A program made the position numbers and the translations under genes. DNA of 63,403 nt, filler included, from Pirum gemmata (taxonomy: Eukaryota): NCBI GenBank assembly GCA_002812295.1. It is 26 parts of 26 records of this genome, joined end to end, with 100 filler letters (N's around TTAATTAATTAA, not from the genome) between each part and the next. Parts side by side here need not be neighbours in the genome. Positions count along the whole stretch, not along the records: positions 22,467 to 24,566 come from PDIN01008134.1; positions 24,667 to 26,761 come from PDIN01008135.1; positions 26,862 to 29,676 come from PDIN01008136.1; positions 29,777 to 31,943 come from PDIN01008137.1; positions 32,044 to 34,177 come from PDIN01008138.1; positions 34,278 to 36,385 come from PDIN01008139.1; 20 more parts are not named here. One strand, 5' to 3'. Numbering within the stretch: the first letter of the stretch is position 1; every line of letters starts with the position of its first letter. The notes under the pieces are model-generated. The model was not told the origin of the DNA and did no database searches. It worked only from the letters and a program-made list of their open reading frames with translations. Shown in pieces: positions 23,786 to 35,391 of the stretch.

Positions 23786-24409
23786 GGGGGCTAAAGTATA
23801 GAGCTAGCACGGATGACGTCATAATAATATATTTTATTCTGCCAACATCGATCGATTCGGGTTGAAGAAAAGAGAATTCCCCTCTCAAAATTAAATTACT
23901 GATTATTGGATGACGTCATAATAATATATTTTATTCTTTTATTGTTTCCAACATCGATCGATTCGGGTTGAAGAAAAGAGAATTCCCCTCTCAAAATTAA
24001 ATTACTAATTATTAGATGACGTCATACTAATATATTTTATTCTTTTATTTTTTTGCCAACATCGACCGATTTGGGTTGAAGAAAAGAAAATTTCCCTTTC
24101 AGAATTAAATTACTAATTATTAGATGACGTCATAATAATATATTTTATTCTTTTTTTTTTGTCAACGTTGATCGATTCGGGTTGAAGAATCCTTTTTTAA
24201 GAGAATTTCCCTCTCAAAATTAAATTACTAATTATTGGAAGACTAAGAGTAGTTATGACGTTTCTTGATTACTCTCATTCATCCGAAAATGATAATATTA
24301 TACATGAGAATATATGAGAGGGGATTTACTTTTCCTCTACCTGAAGCGAGGTTAGAAAAAAATATATTTATTGTGACGTCATACCTGCTAGCCCTATACT
24401 TGAGTCCCC
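23786..24409. mobile_element. MITE G with ~35-bp imperfect TIR and internal ~108-bp tandem repeat x4
   Basis: GGGGGCTAAAGTATAGAGCTAGCACGGATGACGTC versus GACGTCATACCTGCTAGCCCTATACTTGAGTCCCC; internal units start at ~23813, 23909, 24016 and 24124. Confidence 0.72.
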
Positions 24410-24534
24410 TTGAGTCCCCCTGACGCTAACCCTAACCCTAACCCTTGTTTTTAATTATTGTAATTGGTGTTATTGGTGTAATTAGTGTTTATTGATTTTG
24501 TTGTTTTTATCGTTTTTATGGTTTTTGTTACCGA

Positions 24535-24566
<32 letters not shown>

Positions 24567-25331
24567 NNNNNNNNNNNNNNNNNNNNNNNNNNNNNNNNNN
24601 NNNNNNNNNNTTAATTAATTAANNNNNNNNNNNNNNNNNNNNNNNNNNNNNNNNNNNNNNNNNNNNTTAGGGTTAGGGTTAGGGTTAGGGTTAGGGTTAG
24701 GATTAGGATTAGGGTGAGGGTTATGGTTAACCCTAAGCCGTATTAATAAACAATTATTACCATCATATATATTATAAAATTAAAGTTATAAATACCATTT
24801 AATACTACTACTATTGCTACTACTACTATTACTACTTCTACTATCCTAACCCTGATTACTAGTACTAGTACTACTGCTGCTACTACTACCTACTACTACC
24901 ACCACCACTATTACTACTACTATTACTACTACTACTACTACTACTACTATAGCAATAAATTAATAAATCATTTAACTTATTATTATTATTACTATCACAT
25001 ACATTATATTAATAATTATAAAAATACAATAACATGTCAGAGACTACTACTACTGCTGCTACTACTACTACTACTACTACTACTACTAGTACTGCTACTT
25101 ATACCACCACGACCACCACCACCACGACCGCCATCACTATTACCACCACGACCACCACCACCACTACTACTAAACTACTACTACTACTACTACCACTTAT
25201 ACCACCACCACCACCACCACCACCACCACGACCACTATTATTACTTCTACTACTACTTCTACTACTATAACAACTACTACTACTGCAACTACTCCTGTAC
25301 ATTATTAATAATTATAATAAAACAATAATAG

Positions 25332-25682
25332 ATTAGAGACCACAGTGCACCTATCCAAGCCTTTTATTTACTTGACGAAAACGGCAATGGCCAATACAAA
25401 GCTCTAACTCGAACGGACGATAATCATTGGATTGCAGATAAAACATTATTTACAACACCCTTTAAATATCCCTTAAACGTACAAGTAGAATCCATATATG
25501 GCGAAAAAATTACTACAAAAATAAATAGTAATACTGTATTAAGTAATGGTATTGTTGCAAGTAATGAACAATTTTCTAATTCGTCTGGAACTTTGACTTT
25601 GGATAATAATGCTAATAGTATTAGTAATATAGTTAATTGTTTTTCTATTTTGGTATTTTCTTTTCTGTATTTGGTGATTTGA
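25332..25682 (+). CDS. Expansin-like protein (EXLX, CBM63-type domain 2), last exon, with hydrophobic GPI-type tail
   Basis: IRDHSAPI...YKALTRTDDNHW...PLNVQVESIYGEKITTKI...SNEQF resembles EXLX1 domain 2 (VRNH.YP+...NHF...L.VR+TDI.G...QF). It ends NANSISNIVNCFSILVFSFLYLVI*. Confidence 0.75.
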   Translation: MRDHSAPIQAFYLLDENGNGQYKALTRTDDNHWIADKTLFTTPFKYPLNVQVESIYGEKITTKINSNTVLSNGIVASNEQFSNSSGTLTLDNNANSISNIVNCFSILVFSFLYLVI

Positions 25683-27669
25683 AAACCCCTCTGAATAAAA
25701 ACTACACTCCTTTTAATTTAAACTAGACACCTTTGAATCCAAACTAGACACCTTTGAATCCAAACTAGACACCTTTGGATCCAATCACCTTTGAATCCAA
25801 TCTAGACACCTTTGAAACCAATCTAGACCCCTCAAGTAGAATCCATTTATGGCGAACATTATTACAAAAATAGATAGTAATACTGTATTAAGAAATGTTA
25901 TTGTGACAAGTAATGAACAATTTTCTAATTCGTCTCCCAATGATGCTAATAGTAGTAGTAGTAATATAGTTAATTCTATTTTTCTTTATTTCGTGATTTG
26001 AAAACTAGTTTCCTCTGAATAAAAACTTTTTTAATTTAAACTAGATACTTTTAAATCCAAACTAGACTCCTCAAAATCCACACTGCCACTCATAATCCCT
26101 TAAATATACAAGTAGAATTCAAATGTGGCGAAAAGATTACTACAAAAGTAAATAGTAATACTGTATTAAGTAATAATTTTGTTGCAAGTAATGAACAATT
26201 TTCTAATTCGTCTCCTAATGATGCTAATAGTAGTAGTAATATAGTTAATTGTATTTCTATTTTGGTACTTTCTTTTCTTTGAATCAAAACTAAACACCTT
26301 TGAATCAAAACCAGACACCTTTGAATCAAAACCAGACACCTTTGAATCAAAACTAGACCCCTCAAAATCCACATTACTTCTCATAATCCCTTAAATGTAC
26401 AAGTAGAATCCATAAATGGAAAAGATTACTACAAGTAGAATCCATATATGCTGAAAATATTACTACAAAAGTAAATAGTAATGCTGTATTAAGCAATGGT
26501 ATTGTTGCAAGCAATGAACAATTTTCTAATTCGCTTGGAACTTTGACCTTGGATCCAAATGTTGAATAAAAACTAGATGCATTTGAATAAAAACTTGACC
26601 CCTTTGAATAAAAACTAGACCACTTTGACTAGAAAATAAACCCCTCAGAATCCACACTATCACTCGGAGTCTAAACTAGACCCCTCTAAATACCAACTAA
26701 ACCCGTTGTTGTTGTTGTTAATGTTGTTCTTGTTGTTCTTGTTGTTCTTGTTGTTCTTGTTNNNNNNNNNNNNNNNNNNNNNNNNNNNNNNNNNNNNNNN
26801 NNNNNTTAATTAATTAANNNNNNNNNNNNNNNNNNNNNNNNNNNNNNNNNNNNNNNNNNNNTAATAATAATAATAATAATAATAAAATCACACACTCAAA
26901 GAACACAAACAGGGAATGAATGAGTTAATCACGAATCTAAATCAAATAAGAATAAAAAGCAACTCTGTGATGAATACAATACAATCACATTTTAAAAATA
27001 CAATTGCAAAAATCAACACTAACAGTTATCACAATTGCGCAATAACTACATTCTTTTTTTAAAAAAAATAATAACGTCAGCCCTAAAATATTGGACACTC
27101 TTTTCTTATTTGCTATTATTTAGTTAATAATAACTCACGGATTCAGGCGCTCATAATACACCTAAATATGCAATAGAAATTAAAAGTTTTTCCTTTGAAA
27201 TCAGCACTACAAACATATGATTCGATAAAAAAATATCAAAACGTACCCGTTATTTTTTAATTATCAGTTAGTTACTTCAATGAAAAAGTGACCGCAGCAA
27301 AGTAACATAACTAATTAATCGAAGATAAGTGTAAAAATAATAAGAAACAAGAAACAAGAACAAAACCAAATAATAATAATAATAATAATAACTAACTAAC
27401 TAACAAAAATAAAAAAGTAAAATCACAAAACTTGAGCATAACAGTTTTTACATTTCAAGTGTTATTGTTTTTTTTTTTNNNNNNNNNNNNNNNNNNNNNN
27501 NNNNNNNNNNNNNNNNNNNNNNNNNNNNNNNNNNNNNNNTTGTTATTGTTATTGTTATTGTTATAGTTATTGTTATTGTTATTGTTATTGTTATTGTTAT
27601 TGTTATTATTAGTGTTAGTGTGTTAATGCTTAGAAATTTAGAAATTTAGAAATTTAGAAATTCATATAC

Positions 27670-29453
27670 CTCTTCAATAGTTTTTTGATCTCGAGAAAAG
27701 GTAGTCAAAACGTCCAGAAATTTTTTGTAAATTTCAGTTTGATTAGTAAATCTCTCCTACAAAACAAAAAAAAACAGACAATAATTAAGTTAAAAGGATA
27801 TAAAACACAACAATAATATATCAATAATAAAGGGAAATAAACAACTCAATAGCTATCATACTAAAAAATAAAATAAAACAAAAAATAAATAAATAAATAA
27901 TTCAAAAGCTATTGTAAATTTCAGTTTGATTGGTAACATCTCTCGTACAAAACAAAATAAAACAGACAATAATTAAGTTAAAAGGATATATTATAAAACA
28001 GAACAATAATATATATATCAATAATATAGGGTAACAAACAAGCCAATAACTTTCATAAAATAAAATAAACTAAAAAGTAAATAAACAAAAAAGTCAAACG
28101 CTAAATTATGAAATAAAACATCTAAAATAAAAGTAAATAAAAAGTAAATAAAAAGTAAATAAACAAATGAAACAAATGAACTAAAATGAAATGAAAAATA
28201 AAAATAAAAAAAAATAATAATAAAACGCAATACCCTAATTTTGGTAACGTAAGTAAAAGCATGATAAACTTCAGGCTGGCGGGCACCAGGGGGATTAGTC
28301 GCATTTGGAGTTGCGTTTGAGCCACGACCCGGTGGTCCGTTACCATTCTGTGGCGTACCTTGACCTTGCCCAGAAGACAATTGAGGATTTTGGGGTGATG
28401 GTTGATTCGATTGTAAATAAAGTGATATTTGGGATTGTTGCTGTTGTGATTGTGGTGGTTGTGGTGGCTGTGCTTGTTGTGCTTGTTGTGCTTGTTGTGC
28501 TTGTTGTGCTTGTTGTGCTTGTTGTGCTTGTTGTGATTGATGCTGGGGTTGTGATTGGTGCTGAGCTTGCGATGGTTGAGGCGGCTGTGGTGGTTGTGAT
28601 TGGTGGTTTAGTTGCTGCGCTGGTTGCGTTGGTAGTGGTGCTTGGGGTTGGGGTTGGGGTTGTACTTGCGGTTGTTGGCCAGGCGGGGCTGGTTGTGCTG
28701 GTGTTGGTGCTGATGCTGGTGCTGATGCTGGTGCTGGTGCTTGTGCTGGTGCTGGTGCTGGTGCTGGTGCCGGTGCTGTTGCTGTTGCTGTTGTTGGTGT
28801 GGGTGTGGGTGTGGGTGTGGGTGTGGGTGTGGGTATTTGTGTTTGTACTTGTGTTAGTTGATGCTGTGATTGTGAGACTGGTCCTGATTGTACAACTGCT
28901 TGTGGCGTTGATGTTTGATTGGGATCATTTATCGACACTGGTTGTGAAATTTGTTCAATTTTCACCTGGGTCGGTGGCAACGACTTGGTGTTTTGAGACG
29001 AGTATTCAGTAGAAACTGTAGGTCCTTTATTGTTGTTGTTGTTGATGTTGTTGTTTGACTTAGAAGAAGAACTATGTTGTGATTCTTGTGAACCTCCCAC
29101 ACCTTCACCTGGTTCAGAACCAACAGGCGGTGTATTACCACGCTTAAATTTGGGAGGTAAAAAGGCATTAAACCCACGAATGAGCTCGGTGTGGCCACCA
29201 AACAATTCTTTCACTTTATCAATGACACGAGGGGTGTTGATGCTAAATAATGATATATAACAGAAAGATATGTAAGTAAGCAAAACACTAATAGAAAAGT
29301 GACAAGGATAAAATAATATGATGATAATATACTAATCATTAGTTTTATTGCTGGCTTTATATACTAAATAACTAACCTATTAGAACCGAAATCCTTCATA
29401 ATTTCTATAAACTTGCTATATAGCTCCGGTTGATCGTTAAACTGCCTTTTGAC
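27670..29453 (-). CDS. SIN3: Sin3 co-repressor, PAH1-PAH2 exons 29453-29377, 29242-28234, 27756-27670
   Basis: VKRQFNDQPELYSKFIEIMKDF..S|INTPRVIDKVKELFGGHTELIRGFNAFLP (PAH1); Q/P linker; EVYHAFTYVTKIR|ERFTNQTEIYKKFLDVL (PAH2). Both introns are GT-AG and in phase. Confidence 0.93.
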
Positions 29454-30258
29454 CTTTGTTAATAAAACAATATAAAAGAGAAAGAGTTAAGTAAATATCA
29501 AAAGTTTAACCTAATGGCCCGAGTATAATTACACATGGATTACATTTATAGGGTAAGTTGGGTAAAGAAATATATATATATATATATATATAATCATAAT
29601 CATAATCATAATCATAATCATAATCATAATCATAATCATAATCATAATCATTATCATTATCATAATCATAATCATTNNNNNNNNNNNNNNNNNNNNNNNN
29701 NNNNNNNNNNNNNNNNNNNNTTAATTAATTAANNNNNNNNNNNNNNNNNNNNNNNNNNNNNNNNNNNNNNNNNNNNGCCCCTAACTTCTAACCCTAACCC
29801 CTAACCCCTAACCCCTAACCCCTAACCCTAGCCCCTAACTCCTGAACCTAACTCCCACAACGCGCTTACCCTTACCACAACGTCTAACCATGGTACTTAT
29901 TAAACCTTACTGAACTACCCTCGCTTTTACTCCCACTTCTAACCCTGGCTCTTACTCTTATTCCTAACGCTAACTCAAATAACGCTAACGCTAAAAGTAT
30001 AACAATCAAGTACTCTTATAACAATTTTACACGAAACAAAATGACTTATTTTTAAACGGTACTGGCCTAAACCTTTAATAGTAATTGTAACCATAACAAA
30101 AACAATGTTTATTTTTAGTTTTACCCCTAACACCCCTTTTAAATGATATATATATATATATATATGGTCAAGGGCCGAAAGACCCACATCTGGTTCCATT
30201 TATATATATATATATATATAATTTGTAAAATAACATTTGAATTAACATTACCTTTATT

Positions 30259-30289
<31 letters not shown>

Positions 30290-30319
30290 TTTACGCGTTG
30301 ATTAAATGGAACTCTTTAG

Positions 30320-31779
30320 CACCGGGGGTTAATCCAAGAGGTAAGTCTTGGTTGAGTAAAGGGCATTTTATATTACCTTAGTCATTTTTGGGGGGGTTAA
30401 TGTAGAAGGTTCAGAGCTAAGTTCAAGGGCTAGGTATAGGGTTAGTGGCGTAATACTACAATGTGGTTGTTAAACATATTGTAGTGGAGATAAAATTTTG
30501 GCTCGGTCCTTTTTTTTGAGTTAATGTAGAAGGTAATGAAGAAGGTTTAAGGCTAGGATCAAAGCTTAGGCATAGTATACTACAATATGACTGTTAAGCT
30601 GATTTATATAGAGTGTTTTACTTGAAGTGGAAGTAGAATCTGTTTATATATATTTTTTGTACATATTCTTTAACCACTTCCAATTTTTTTGTACATATTC
30701 TTTAACCGCTTTAAGTATCCATACTTACTAACTATTAATATATTAATGCTTTCTATCTTTTAAGTACTAACTATTAATATATTAATTATTTCTATATACA
30801 AAAACTTTTTTAATTGTTATTATTGACATAAAAGGAGGTGCACCACCACCTCGAGGTAATTTTTACCCCAAACCCAAACCCAACCTCAACCTCAACCTCA
30901 ACCTCAACCTCAACCTCAACCGCAAACCTCAACCTCAACCTCAACCACAAACCACAAACCACAAACCACAAACCACAAACCACAAACCACAAACCACAAA
31001 CCACAAACCACAAACCACAAACCACAAACCACNNNNNNNNNNNNNNNNNNNNNNNNNNNNNNNNNNNNNNNNNNNNNNNNNNNNNNNNNNNNNNNNNNNN
31101 NNNNNNNNNNNNNNNNNNNNNNNNNNNNNNNNNNNNNNNNNNNNNNNNNNNNNNNNNNNNNNNNNNNNNNNNNACTTTAACCCTAACCCTTACTTTAACC
31201 CTAACCCTTACTTTAACCCTAACCCTTACTTTAACCCTAACCCTTACTTTAACCCTAACCCTTACTTTAACCCTAACCCTTACTTTAACCCTGACCCTTA
31301 CTTTAAGCCTACCCTTACTTTAACCCTGACCCTTACTTTAAGCCCAACTCTTACTTTAAGCCTAACCCTTACTTTAAGCCTAATACTTACTTTAAACCCT
31401 AATCCTTACTTTAACCCTAACCCTTACTTTAACCGTAACCCTTACTTTAACCCTAACCCTTACTTTAACCCTGACCTTTACTTTAACCCTAACCCTTGCT
31501 TTAACCCTAAACTTTACTTTAACCCTAACCCTAACCCTAACCCTAACCCTAACCCTAACCCTAACCCTAACCCTAACCCAGGAAATATCACCTACCTTTT
31601 TACCATCATATTCTTCATTTTTACCATGCCTGTACATACTCGTTTGTAAAACCAGGCATCGTTTTCGTTATTACCATCTTTTTTATTGATTCTGTTCAAC
31701 TCTTTATCTTATATTTTACTTTTTCATGTAGGACGCGGCGCGCCACCACCTAGGGGTCGAGGTGCACCGCCACCAAGAG
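30320..31779 (+). CDS. Three micro-exons (30320-30340, 30835-30855, 31732-31779) of an RG/polyproline repeat protein
   Basis: 21, 21 and 48 nt; all AG/GT-bounded and phase 1-1. Spliced: APGVNPR-GGAPPPR-GRGAPPPRGRGAPPPR-G. Confidence 0.7.
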
Positions 31780-32399
31780 GTATGTTATTGTCAGTTGTAT
31801 TGGTGTTGGTGTTAATATTAGTGTTAAGATTAGGATTAGGGTTAGTTTTAAGAATAGGATTATGGTTAGGATTAGGTTATCAGGATCAGGATCAGGATCA
31901 GGATCAGGATCAGGATCAGGATCAGGATCAGGATCAGGATCAGNNNNNNNNNNNNNNNNNNNNNNNNNNNNNNNNNNNNNNNNNNNNTTAATTAATTAAN
32001 NNNNNNNNNNNNNNNNNNNNNNNNNNNNNNNNNNNNNNNNNNNCGTTTGTATTATTTAAAATCAATAAACAAATTCAAGTAAAGTTATAAAAGTGCTATA
32101 CTTTTATTTTTATTTTATTTTTACGCTTCCACTTTTATAAGTACTTGATACTATAAACTTAGAGAAGGTAAAAAATACTGTAATCTATACTTCCATCATT
32201 TATAAGTAGTGATACTATAAATTTTAGAGAAGGTAGAATACCTCGTTTCGTAAAACTATAAAAATAACACTAAACTAAAGTTAGAAATTGAATCTACTTT
32301 AATTTAATTAAAAAGAGTATTTTAAACCTTTTTAATTGTTGTAACTCTAAATTATATAGAATACACAAAAAGTTTCATTTGTAATCCTTATTTGTTAAA

Positions 32400-33743
32400 A
32401 TGGATAACAATCAAATGGAAGGTGTTACACACCAACCCATTGCTAAAGCGACTGAGGTTCAAACCCAGGAGCAAGCGATAGCCGATATACGAAGTTGGGC
32501 TACTGATGATGTTTATCCAGTACCTACTTACGACGAAGTCAACTTATCTAGATTTGTTCTTCGGGCTCACAAGGTCGATAAGTATGAGGCTTTACAATCT
32601 ATTGTAAAGGCACTCAATCGAGCCTGCACGGTGTTGCAAGATGCTAAAAACAACACCAATGCTACAGCCAAAGAAAAAGACGATTTCTACCATCGAGCTA
32701 TCAACTTTAAAACCAGGTTACTCGAAATGTACCAGGACATTGAAGACAAGGAGGATAGGGCACTACAAGCTAGTGCTAAGGCTAACCATAATATAAAAGC
32801 CAAGATTCCTTCTATGACTTTAAAGACAAAAATTGACATCGTTGAGTTCAGTGATACAATTGGAACCCATATAGGCTTTCATGGTATACCTGCTCATGGT
32901 GTTGTACCGTTAGTTAAACAGTACATCACAGAGTGTAAATCTCCGTTCAAAACTGAACTAGAGGCTTATATTAATAAAGCCCTAACCACTCAGAATCAAT
33001 CTGGTGATGCTATCTCGTTACACGAGATTACAAAGTATATGCTGACGATTCAACAGAAAACACACTTGTCTTTGATGAACACAGTGTTGTTTTCTATATC
33101 TCGTAGGGGTAGACATCGTGATGAGTCTAACCACGAGATGTTAATTAGGGCTGAACGTTTGTATCAGATGGTACTACGTCAGTCGGGTATCCAAGAAGGG
33201 TCCGAGAGAAGAGCGTTGTATAACGACGCTTTCCTAGCCCTATGTTTCACTATCCTGCCCACCCAGGCTCGTAACGACTACAATATCGAGACTACTAAGG
33301 AAGTAGGATACGAAAACTACGACTACGACCGAAACTGGACTGTAATGAAAAACTGTGCTAAGAAAGAGGACACCCGATTCGAATCACAGGGTGGTTCCTA
33401 TGGTGGCTCACAATCTAGTGACAACACCAACAACAACGGTAACAACGATCACAAGAATCGTAAGAGAGGTGCGAATAACCAAACAGACAACGATCCAACC
33501 AAAAGGGTTAGGTTTGGTTTGGACTATGGTACACCTACTGCGGACAACCCATCTGATTGTACAAAATGCAAAAAGAGGGTTAAGGATAGGTTTCACGAGA
33601 ATACGTGTGACACACTATCACGCGAGCAACTAATCGCTAATATGAATAGAGTTGAGCATAAGGCCAAAACAGCTATACGTACGTTGTCCAAGCCCAGCCA
33701 ACCTAAGAAGAACCAAAAGAGTCGAAGAGGTAGAAGATCTTGA
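32400..33743 (+). mobile_element. gag: LTR-retrotransposon Gag-like ORF
   Basis: Intronless 447-aa ORF, higher GC than its flanks, with a C-x2-C-x8-H-x3-C knuckle variant and basic tail, directly upstream of a retropepsin. Confidence 0.78.
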
Positions 33744-34177
33744 CTCCTAGCCCACGGCCTACCACGGGATGAAGTGTCAGCTGATTTAAACTATCAAAAC
33801 GATATGTATAATCATCACTATGATGAAAACAAAGTAAAAATATCAAATAAAGAAATTTTAACTTATCCAACTGACCCTTTTTATATATATAATACCCAAG
33901 TACGTCGTGATGACAAGTACAACATCTCTAACGTTACAAATGAGGACATTGAGAAGATTGCAAAAAATATTTTAAAACAAACTATTGATTCCAACGAATT
34001 GGAGCAACAGGGCCAGCGTCCCATTGCTATTTACCTAACGCAAGAATCTAGTTTAACTGATGCAACTAGTCGTAAGAAAAAGATTATTATTTGCATTCAG
34101 TTTGGCATCTATAGAATTAGAGCCCTAATTGACACAGGTGCTGAAGTCTCTGTGATCGATAGTGCTACTGTTCGAAA
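33744..34177 (+). mobile_element. pol: Start of pro/pol with aspartic protease motif (truncated by fragment end)
   Basis: IRALIDTGAEVSVID retropepsin motif; same frame as gag. Confidence 0.85.
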
Positions 34178-34368
34178 NNNNNNNNNNNNNNNNNNNNNNN
34201 NNNNNNNNNNNNNNNNNNNNNTTAATTAATTAANNNNNNNNNNNNNNNNNNNNNNNNNNNNNNNNNNNNNNNNNNNNAGAACAACCACAATCAGAACAAC
34301 CACAATCAGAACAACCACAATCAGAACAATAAACAAAAACAAACAAACAAACAAACAAACAAACAAAA

Positions 34369-35391
34369 ATGTTAGCAAGCAAAAGTCCAATAAATCTTGA
34401 AGTTGCTTGGGTTGCTCAAAACACGTGGTTAATACTTTATGCTCTTTTTTTTTTAATCGCGAAAAAATATTATAAATTCAAAAATAAAATATTTTGTCAC
34501 ATTATGATCACAGTTTCTGGTATAATTTCGTTTATTTGGAGTATAGGTGTTATTATTGCTCCGTTGATTCATTATAGAACTCAACACCTTTTTACCATGT
34601 ACACCTTTAGTTTACCGTTTAGTTCTGCCGTGATGTGGGGTATGACGATGCTTATGTCTGCATATATTGCTGAATTGTTCATTAAAATGGAGACAATATC
34701 TTTTACTTTATTTGTGCATCATAGTGGTACAGTGGTCATGATGCTGTTTGCTTTTTATTTAGCGAAACAAATAGAAGACATTAGTTTACCAACATTCGTT
34801 GTTATGGCTGAATTGGGATTTATCATAACTTTGAATGCATTTCTCGATATGTCATCTCGGTGGATTTGGGTGTATTATCACTATAAAAAAGAGAAACAAC
34901 CTCAAACCGTAGCTAAGGTCATGTTGTATGTGTTTTATTATCAATTAAGTGTTAAAATTGTTTTCCATTCACTATGGGTGGCAGTTTATATTATTCAAGA
35001 AAGTAAATTAGAAGGTTTTGTAAAGTTTACTTTACCTGTCTTTGTGTTTTTGTTTGCTCTGGTTGAATACTATGATTCGTATTGTATGCATTGTATAAGA
35101 AATAAGCTGATTAAAAAAACGAATGATAATTACAATTATAATGTTGATGACCATCAAAATGACAATAATAATAATAATAACAATAATAATAATAATAATA
35201 ATAACAATAATAATAATAATATTAACAATGATAATAATAATAATAATAATAATAATGTTGATAATAATAATTGTGTTGATTTGGATTACAGCATGTTAAG
35301 TACTACTAGTGTTTCTTTAAGTTTGAATAATAGTTCAATGATGATGACATTGTGTGAAAATGTTTCAACAAAAGAAGCTTGTATCATATAA
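34369..35391 (+). CDS. Multi-pass membrane protein, TLC (TRAM/LAG1/CLN8)-like
   Basis: About 7 hydrophobic segments, LFVHH motif and poly-Asn tail. Confidence 0.65.
   Translation: MLASKSPINLEVAWVAQNTWLILYALFFLIAKKYYKFKNKIFCHIMITVSGIISFIWSIGVIIAPLIHYRTQHLFTMYTFSLPFSSAVMWGMTMLMSAYIAELFIKMETISFTLFVHHSGTVVMMLFAFYLAKQIEDISLPTFVVMAELGFIITLNAFLDMSSRWIWVYYHYKKEKQPQTVAKVMLYVFYYQLSVKIVFHSLWVAVYIIQESKLEGFVKFTLPVFVFLFALVEYYDSYCMHCIRNKLIKKTNDNYNYNVDDHQNDNNNNNNNNNNNNNNNNNNNINNDNNNNNNNNVDNNNCVDLDYSMLSTTSVSLSLNNSSMMMTLCENVSTKEACII

Noticed and set aside
25735..26700. CRISPR-like repeat-spacer array (also 7820-7960 and 23813-24240)
   Set aside because: Units are contiguous or separated by homologous echo copies, not unique equal-length spacers; eukaryotic context; no cas genes.
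28305..29260. Plus-strand Val/Leu-rich ORFs
   Set aside because: Antisense shadows of the Q/P-rich Sin3 exon.
32044..32399. 5' LTR or primer-binding site of the gag-pro element
   Set aside because: Only a ~55-bp local duplication is visible; no second LTR or convincing PBS within the fragment.
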